Positions 55,790-64,000 of a stretch of 64,000 nucleotides of DNA are shown here, piece by piece. Origin of the DNA: Eledone cirrhosa (Eukaryota); NCBI GenBank assembly GCA_964016885.1, contig OZ024740.1, positions 302,808,001 through 302,872,000 of the forward strand, given 5' to 3'. The notes beneath the pieces are model-generated. The model saw only the letters and a list, made by a program, of their open reading frames with translations. It was not told the DNA's origin and made no database searches. The stretch's first letter is position 1; the number at the start of each line of letters is the position of its first letter. Both the position numbers and the translations under genes were made by a program.

Positions 55790-58700
55790 TATACTTGATG
55801 TCATAAGACTGTATCTAAGATTATCAGTAACAGATTCATCCTTTCCTAATCTCTATAATGTGTTTTTCAGCAATACATTCACGAATAATTAAGATTTCTC
55901 ATCAGAATATGCTTGGATTAAACAGATATGTACTAAAACATTTGGGCTGAAAACTACAACCCAGAGAGAGATTTATGGATAGAAGTTATCCATACACCCC
56001 ATTATTCTATTTCTTCTTATTCGATGCATTTCGTTTTCTCATTTTCTTTCTCAAATTTCTTTTCTGGTTCATTATCCTCACTTAAGATTCATCTCTATCT
56101 ATTTATACTGTTATATTCTACTCCTATTTCTTTACAATACCCTATGTTTATTTTCCTACTATATATGCTTCTCTTCCAAAAACGTTATTCTTTCTATAGC
56201 CACCCTTCTACTTGTTATAAACAAAACAATAAGCATGGCTCTTAAACAATATTTCCTTTTTTGTTGTTTATTAATCAAAATCGTATTTTTTTAAAAACAA
56301 GTTAGAAAAAACACTTAACACTACTTTGAAAATCTTTCCTCCCAGTTTCCATCGATTATTCTCCTATTTGTTCCGGTTTCTTTAATTAAGAACCTATCAT
56401 TCATTCAGAAATACAAACCTGCCTACTTAACCGACAATATACTCCACAGGTTTAAGTTGTTCGGAAGATATTAATAGTTATAATTACTCGATTGTTTTCA
56501 GCTGGACGCATCAAAGAGACAGCTGATCTACTGTCCATTACATTAGTTGCTTCCGATCATATGACAACCGTTAGTTCCTCAATACTTTAAAAAACACCGG
56601 TCAAACCAACATAACCAGTTGGTTACAGGCAATTTGCCAATAAAAATATCAGTGCTAAAATAGAGGAGACATATTAAACTTTTCTCAAGATCCAACAATT
56701 TTGAGTTTAAATCCACATAGGCTGTGCAATCAATAAACACAGTCGCAGGCCAGTTACCATGACAACAATCAGCTTTGTAACTCATTTTTCGTAGCCAGCA
56801 ATTTTCCATTATTACTCACCAAATGGAAAGTCAATAAATACTACGAAAGGCTTGGTGGATAATAGTTTGCTCTTTTTATTCATTGGCTAATATTAGTGAA
56901 TTAATAAACTGGAAAAAAATGGAATCCATCTCTTTCAACTATGCTTACCACCATTTTTATATCCACCCATTCTAATAGTCTCTTTCATTTCATCACTAAC
57001 CTAACATTCCCCGTCACCAAAACCTCCATTTCCCTTTCCATCATTTCCACATGACTTTAAATGCTGCCTGCTGCAGTCAGTACCTCACTGATGCAGAAAA
57101 GTGTTATGAATTTCAGTATTTGTTCTTCGTATGTTAGATGCAATATATTGAGCCTTGAATTTTATCAATATCAGTGATGTTTTAATATCAATATAAATAC
57201 AAGTGTGCCTTAATTGCTAAAAATATGTTGTGATAGCAGGGATTGCTATACTAAACTTAGGCTTATGTACGTTGCGGTCTTCCATTTTTTTCTTATATTT
57301 CCAATTACTTCCTACTATACACCGATGCATATATGAGTGTGAAAAACCGAACATGTGTATTTGTACCATTATACGTTGATTCTTTTCCCCTGCCTTTGCA
57401 TGGTGTTTATGGTAGACAGATAAAGGCCGCTGACAAACTTCATCAAAACTGATGTACGACTTATTCTTATTAACTCTTAATATTCTCGTTTAAAAATACA
57501 ATATATACAGAGATGCAACATTCACAATCCATTGGCATTGTGTCATCATGTGAAAATATAACTTTAGTGTAGTGTTTTAAATGCAGAGTAACCTGACTGC
57601 ACTCGTTCACACTCAAGTTTTACGTGAACATGACACGACAATCTAATGAATTACTGATCTGTTGTATAATGTTCACACTACATGGAACGGATTTATATCT
57701 TTACTTGATCACCTAAAATTGTCTTGGAAAAAACTCAATGGTAGATACTACAAGAATATATTTACTTGTCCTGCTTTGTATCTTACTAATTTAATTTACC
57801 ATGGATGAGGCGCTAAATCAAACTAAAGTATGGACTCGAAAATTGCATATTTGAAAGAATAATTTATTTGACAAATGTCGCTCTGTACTAAAGCCGACTT
57901 TAATTCTAATAGACTAATGGATATAACAAGTTACAGTCCCATCTGAATTATACTGGAATAGGTAAAAACAAATTGGTTTTAAGAAAATGATTCAAAATGG
58001 AATTCATTGACAATAATTACTTTTATTTTGAAATAACGGCTTCAATATTTTATAGAAAGTCCCAGATGATTATATTTCGTTAAGCGTATACGTGTGTATG
58101 ATTATAATGATGTATGTGTGAAGATTGAGTGTATCGAGGTGAGTCACTTTACTGCAGAGATTATCTTATCACGGTCATTATGTAAAGTATTAAGATAACG
58201 GTGTAATTCTTTGCCGATTCTGCGATAAATTTCACTGATTTTTTTATGTTTTCCGTTCGATAATGGGGAAGATTTTCCAACCATTATGCTTCAGTATATT
58301 CTTTGATTATAACTGACAGGCTAAAACTAAAGTGTCAGCATCAATTCGATTGCTGAAACTTTTGGCTTAGTTGTTGCCAACAGATATAAGAGAATCGATT
58401 TTGAAACATGCTAGAATTATATTCTTCTAATATTGTGTTGAATTGTACGAATGAAATGAAGAAATGTAATGGCTTCTTAAATTTGTAATCTTCCATTAAG
58501 AAGAAAATATAACTGAAAAAATGTAATTTTCCACGCTTCGATACTTCGTATGAAAATTAAGAAAGGCTTTTAAATAGTGGATAATATTTAATTCTTTTTT
58601 ATTTCGATTTTTAATTCTCAAAATAAATCATAATTTCTAAGCTAGATATAAGCATTTGATTCTGTAACAAAGAATAAGTACTTTTTTATTTCCGAATCAT

Positions 58701-60989
58701 TCCGAATTTAGTTGTTATCAAAAGGTTCTTGACAATAGAAATCACAAGATATAAAGTTTATCTCTTCTATAAAGTGTTTTAATAGATCAAACTGTGAAAT
58801 CCATTCTTCTTACCCAATTCCTATCAATGGTTATTGTTATGATAAATCATCATCATCATCATCATCATCATCACGAACTTTATTTTCTATGGAGATGGAG
58901 CTAGGTGGTTTGAGGTCAAATCCCGCAGTTCCTAACTTTGTCTGTCACGTCTCTCCGCCCAAGGAAATATACACTACTAATATACTAGGTTTGGCTTTGG
59001 CAACTATATACCCGCATTACACAACAACTTTCTTTATACATAATCAACAGATCACGGAAACTTCCCCATAAAATTAGTCGACAGTCGAGTTTCACTTACG
59101 TTGCCAAATCCTATTATGAAAATTGGAAAATCTTAATGACTCTTATAACTTCTCAGCTCCCTTCACCAAAGATCTTAGGATTCATGTCTATCAACAATAT
59201 CATTGTGATTTTTAGTTGATATTGTAGTGGTAAGTGTACAATATATGGAAACAACAATCTAGTTTTTAATTCCCTTTTTCTGTATTGTTTTAATGATAGA
59301 CGCCACACTTAACCATCTCATTTGATGTTTGATAATGATAATGACATACTTCTCCCGACTATTTTTCACAATAAAACTATTGATTATACTGTTGCTACGG
59401 TTACTACTACAACATCTACCGCTACTAGAACTCCAGATCAATGACAGCGCCTCAAGCTAAACCTGATACAAATAGTAGCCAAATATCCTTCAAATCACAC
59501 CATACTATCTTAGAGGTGGAACGAGATATTGGATTATATGGTCAAAAAATCCATTATATTCTAGAAAACGAGATAGTCACATATGAATATTATATCAGAA
59601 CTGACCTGGAGCTACAAAAAAACAACTACCAATATTCTTAATTCAATACGTATGTGAAGTACGTTAAGATTTCTTCATATATATCTGTATGTATGTAAGC
59701 ATGAATAAATTGTTATATATGAATATATAAATGTGTGTATGCGTATTTATATAGCTGGAAAAATACAAGTATACAGGGTGGAATTATGGATTTTATGGAG
59801 ACAAAAAACCGTTGGCGCTATTTATTCAAATAATAAGTATTAGAGACGAACACACCAAATATGTAGCGGAAGCATTTCATTTAGTAAATGCTTAAAACAT
59901 TCTGTGTTTAAATAGTCAGTGATGAAAGGAACTCGAGTGTTTAAGAATTCGTTAATATTCACTAATTGGGGAGGGTAATCTTATGAAAATTTGTTTGATG
60001 CTTAGTAAATAATTATATTTTGTAAGTTTTCATATATTCCTCTATTCCTTTCTCATTAAATATAACAAGACATTCATCTAATGCTATTTTGTAAAACTTC
60101 AATTTGGGGCATAAAATAATCAAAGCTACAAACAGGGAATGTTCGAATCTATAAATCGAGATGATATATTCATGATGATCACATGCAAAGAACACAACCA
60201 TGAATATAAATCAAAATGATATTCACATTAATTTGTTGAAGTTGAAGTAAAATATTTTTTTCTCTAGTGTCAGAATAACAAGTTCTGGTGTCTTCCCGAA
60301 TACATTACAAATCATTGCATTTTTACAGCAGTAATCTCCACATCCAATCCGAAATTATCAACTTGATAGACCGTCTTCCTTTTCGCATGCAAAACTCCAC
60401 TCAAGATTCCGATAATCAATTTCAATTAACGCATCACACCATTACGTTTTCAACTGCGCCAGACGTAGCATTCAATGAATTGGCATCGAAATAATCCCTG
60501 GCACTACAACAAATTACCAATGGAAATGTGTCAGATAATATTCTAAACCCATCCCTAATGTCTGCACCAATAGGTTATCTGCTTATCGATCTCTTCCAAA
60601 CCTACTGTCATTCAACATTCTAATTTCCTCCATAGATACACTCCAATATATCAAAGCAGCGAAGTATAATGAACTTTTGAAAAATGTCTTTCTCTGGTCT
60701 CTGTTTATCCGAAGCATTAACATACATGCTCTGGACATTACTACACAGCGTTACAGGCATATTAAATAGGGTTATTGACATTACTAAATATAGTTACAGC
60801 GATTGCTAAACAACTTGATAGGAATTACTAAACAGCATGGCTCTGGTTATTGAATAATTTTGAAAATATTAATAAGCAGGTTTTCAACATCGTTATAACA
60901 TTATATAGTTAACTCTATTACTAGATCATATGGGAACGTTATACAAGGCAGAAAACAAATAAAGAATTATAAACGAAAGTTTCAGACTA

Positions 60990-61740
60990 CACAGGCACTA
61001 CATATATTTAAGATGGCCTCTATCATAGGCACTTTTGAAAATACAGATCAATGAGATAAGTTTCCCGTTAATAATTTAGTTTGTGTATCTTCTAATCAAG
61101 TGGAATTTATATTTCACCTCATCCAATTCAACATATTTCTAAATACCACAAATCAATCGGAGCTAAAATAATAACCAAACAACGTACGAATGAAGAATAG
61201 TGCTTATAAAATCTGGAATTCTTTGACTTTCAATGAAATCTATCCCAAAGTTTAGTTTTTAATACAGGAAATTTATGTAAATTACAAAAGAAGTCTCCAC
61301 TCAACCTAGTCAATAAATCCCTCTTTTCCAATTACATCCAATATTTCTTGCTATCTCTAGATTTAGTAATTTCCATTTCCGTTTACAATTTGATACCGAT
61401 AGATTTGGCATTCATACATTCCATTATTTAATACCAACAACACAATTTCTCCTACTTTCAGACTTCATGCTCTGTCAACCAGAAATGTTTATAAGTCACT
61501 CCATTAATTTGGAATTTTTTCAACTGAGAATCATTTACAATTCCTTCAATGAAATAGGAAATTGTCTTTTGAATGAAAAAAAAACAGATGCTATGCATAT
61601 CACACGGAATTGTTAATATATTTGGGACAACTACAAGTATCTCATAAACAACTAATAAAGATTTATAGACTGTATGTAGGATCTGATGATATTTTTCGTT
61701 TTTTGGTTTTATTTCTCTAAAGTTAGTTGGGTTTGTTTCC
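60990..61740 (-). mobile_element. Possible highly decayed LINE reverse transcriptase
   Basis: Minus strand FKSAYDRGH near 61015-61040 resembles RT motif DFxKAYD; the surrounding frames are stop-ridden. Confidence 0.3.
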
Positions 61741-62420
61741 AATACTAATCTAGAATTCTTTTAGTTCGAAGAATCACTAAATCATGACAAGGGGCGTAAA
61801 TAAATGTTCACATATTTCTTGTACATATGCACACACAGACACTTTATGTTTCTTACAGAAGCTTATTCAATAACAAAATAAAGGTAAACGAATACAATAA
61901 ACCTAATCTACTCAAGGCACATAATACAAAATATAAATGGTCTGTTAGAAAAATAATCAACAAAATGCTGAACCTTATAACCAGGTAATAAATTTAGCCC
62001 CAAATTATTACATCTGAAAGGGAATATAGCGCAATAGAAATAAAATTAAAACCAATCCACAAATCGTTAACCCACAAATCTCCTGAATATATGGTTTCCG
62101 TTGCGCTGTGGCTACCATATGAAGTAGCTCCATATACTCTGTAGTGCACTTACTCATATTAACCATCAGACAAGCAGTGAAGCATTATACATGAAGGCGT
62201 GCTCTCATACAAGCCATGCAAAACTTATTCATTCAACCCACAATTCATCAAGAAAATAAGACATTAAAACACAATATTAATCAAAATACATATATATTCA
62301 TTTTATTCGGGCTAAATAGTGAGTCTTGTTACAAGGTCATCATTAGCCTTATAGAAATGAATATTAAAACTCTACTTCGGTATTGAGACACTTTTTTTCT
62401 CAGACGTCAACCACATACAG

Positions 62421-62482
<62 letters not shown>

Positions 62483-62631
62483 ATATATATATATATAATA
62501 GAAAGTGAGGTTTCTTTTACAAAATGAAGAATAACCGAGGTGTCCTACACGAGTGAAAGTATAAGGAAAAAAGATAAATTCGAAAATGCAACTGGAGTCT
62601 TATTTTTTTTAAATATATATTTATTTGGTTC

Positions 62632-62667
62632 CTTTACCGGTTTCGCAGTTCTTCTGCTTTTCAAAAG
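62632..62667 (-). ncRNA. Degenerate minimal hammerhead
   Basis: CTT TTGAAAA GCAG-AAGAA-CTGC GAA ACCGGT A AAG. Stems are intact but the CUGAAGA core is mutated. Confidence 0.5.
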
Positions 62668-62692
62668 TAGAATTGAGATGGAGGGTCTGTGG

Positions 62693-62734
<42 letters not shown>

Positions 62735-63704
62735 GAAAGCGGGGGAGAGAGAGAGAAAGGAAGAAAGAGAGCGAGAGAGAGAGAAAGAGAGAGAGAAAGC
62801 ATTGAACGGATTACAACAAATCATTTGGAATTGGGTTCTGATTGTATTCTCTCTCTCTCTCTTTCTGAGAGGGTGAAAATGTAAAGTGACGTTGTCGTGA
62901 AATGTAAAAGTGAGAATGAGAGAACTACTCTACAGAAGATAAAAGAAAGCATAACCCGAAATTTGAATTGAAATTTCTGTTGTTGAATTTAAATTTCAGA
63001 GTTTTAGCCAATACTGTTTTATGAAATTGATTTGAAATTCCAAATCGTTTAACAAGAATTTAAATGCAAAAAGAAAAATCAAAGGAAAAGATATTCTTTA
63101 TTTGAAATCTCCAGCACTAATTATAACCAATATTACGTTTTCAAAATATGAAACTCCTCAATGTGGCTATTATATGATAATCTGCCATAGATTTCATAAT
63201 TTCGTTTTCAGAACAATGACGTCCGTGAATTTATTTAAATGATATTCACGTTTAGAGAAGCTATTCGATCACATTCATCGTTTAAGGGATGATTCGGTAA
63301 ATCAACAAGTTAATTGCTCACTTAACATCTTAATTAGGCATTCGAATATATGTACATATACAAGTATGCAAATGTGTGTTGTGTGCGATTGTGTATATGT
63401 GTGTATGTGTGTATGCGTGTATGTCTGTTTGTGTGTGAGTTTGTGTAAATAATCGAAATTTGTGTCCAAATCTTTAATTAATCTTTTCCAACTCTATAAT
63501 AACAATGTTTTATGAAATATTTATCTTTTTGTTTCTATGGCTTAAATGGTTTTATGTTAGTTTTAAAGATCTTTGTATTCTTTATACTGTGTAACATAAG
63601 TATCGTATTGAGTTAGTTTGTTTAAGATGTATGTATGCATACATGCATGTGTATGTATTTATACACACATGCACACACACATACGTACGCACACACACAC
63701 ACAT

Positions 63705-63772
<68 letters not shown>

Positions 63773-64000
63773 ATGCATGGGGTGGGGTATACAAAAGGAT
63801 AGTTAGAGTATTAAACATCTTGCCGATATATTCAATTACTATTTTAAAATTGGGTACTCCTTTAACTAACACTATCAGATTGAATTAATTTCATATTTAT
63901 TTTGAATGGCCTGTCAGTATTCCTGATTAGCGTGTGTGTGTGTGTATGTGTGTGTGTGTGCGTACGTATGTGTGTGTGCATGTGTGTATAAATACATACA

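Noticed and set aside
56579-56809. 76-aa Cys/Trp-rich ORF as a real gene
   Set aside because: No recognisable domain or supporting gene structure.

Overview
AT-rich, microsatellite-saturated animal DNA. The repeat content resembles an octopus/cephalopod genome, which is an inference from the SINE and microsatellite style. I can support no complete host gene; most ORFs in the track are translations of (TA)n, (CA)n, (GA)n and (GTA)n repeats. Recognisable content: the 3' two-thirds of an R4/Dong-like RT+RLE non-LTR retrotransposon (1-2090) with two truncated copies, two Tx1/L1-like fragments in (GA)n/(GATA)n tracts, RTE, CRE-like and mariner remnants, and many tRNA-derived SINEs including two head-to-tail clusters. 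The most notable signal is at least 12 apparently unrelated short non-coding families (100-600 bp). Most carry type I hammerhead ribozyme cores, complete or partial (CUGANGA...GAAA-palindromic stem III-NUH). Most end in (TA)n microsatellites, and many fold back into near-perfect palindromes whose turning point lies at or just upstream of the ribozyme. Several share a downstream YTGAGTACT-like box. They resemble Penelope-like pseudo-LTR or retrozyme-type elements. All folding was done by eye and needs computational and biochemical confirmation.
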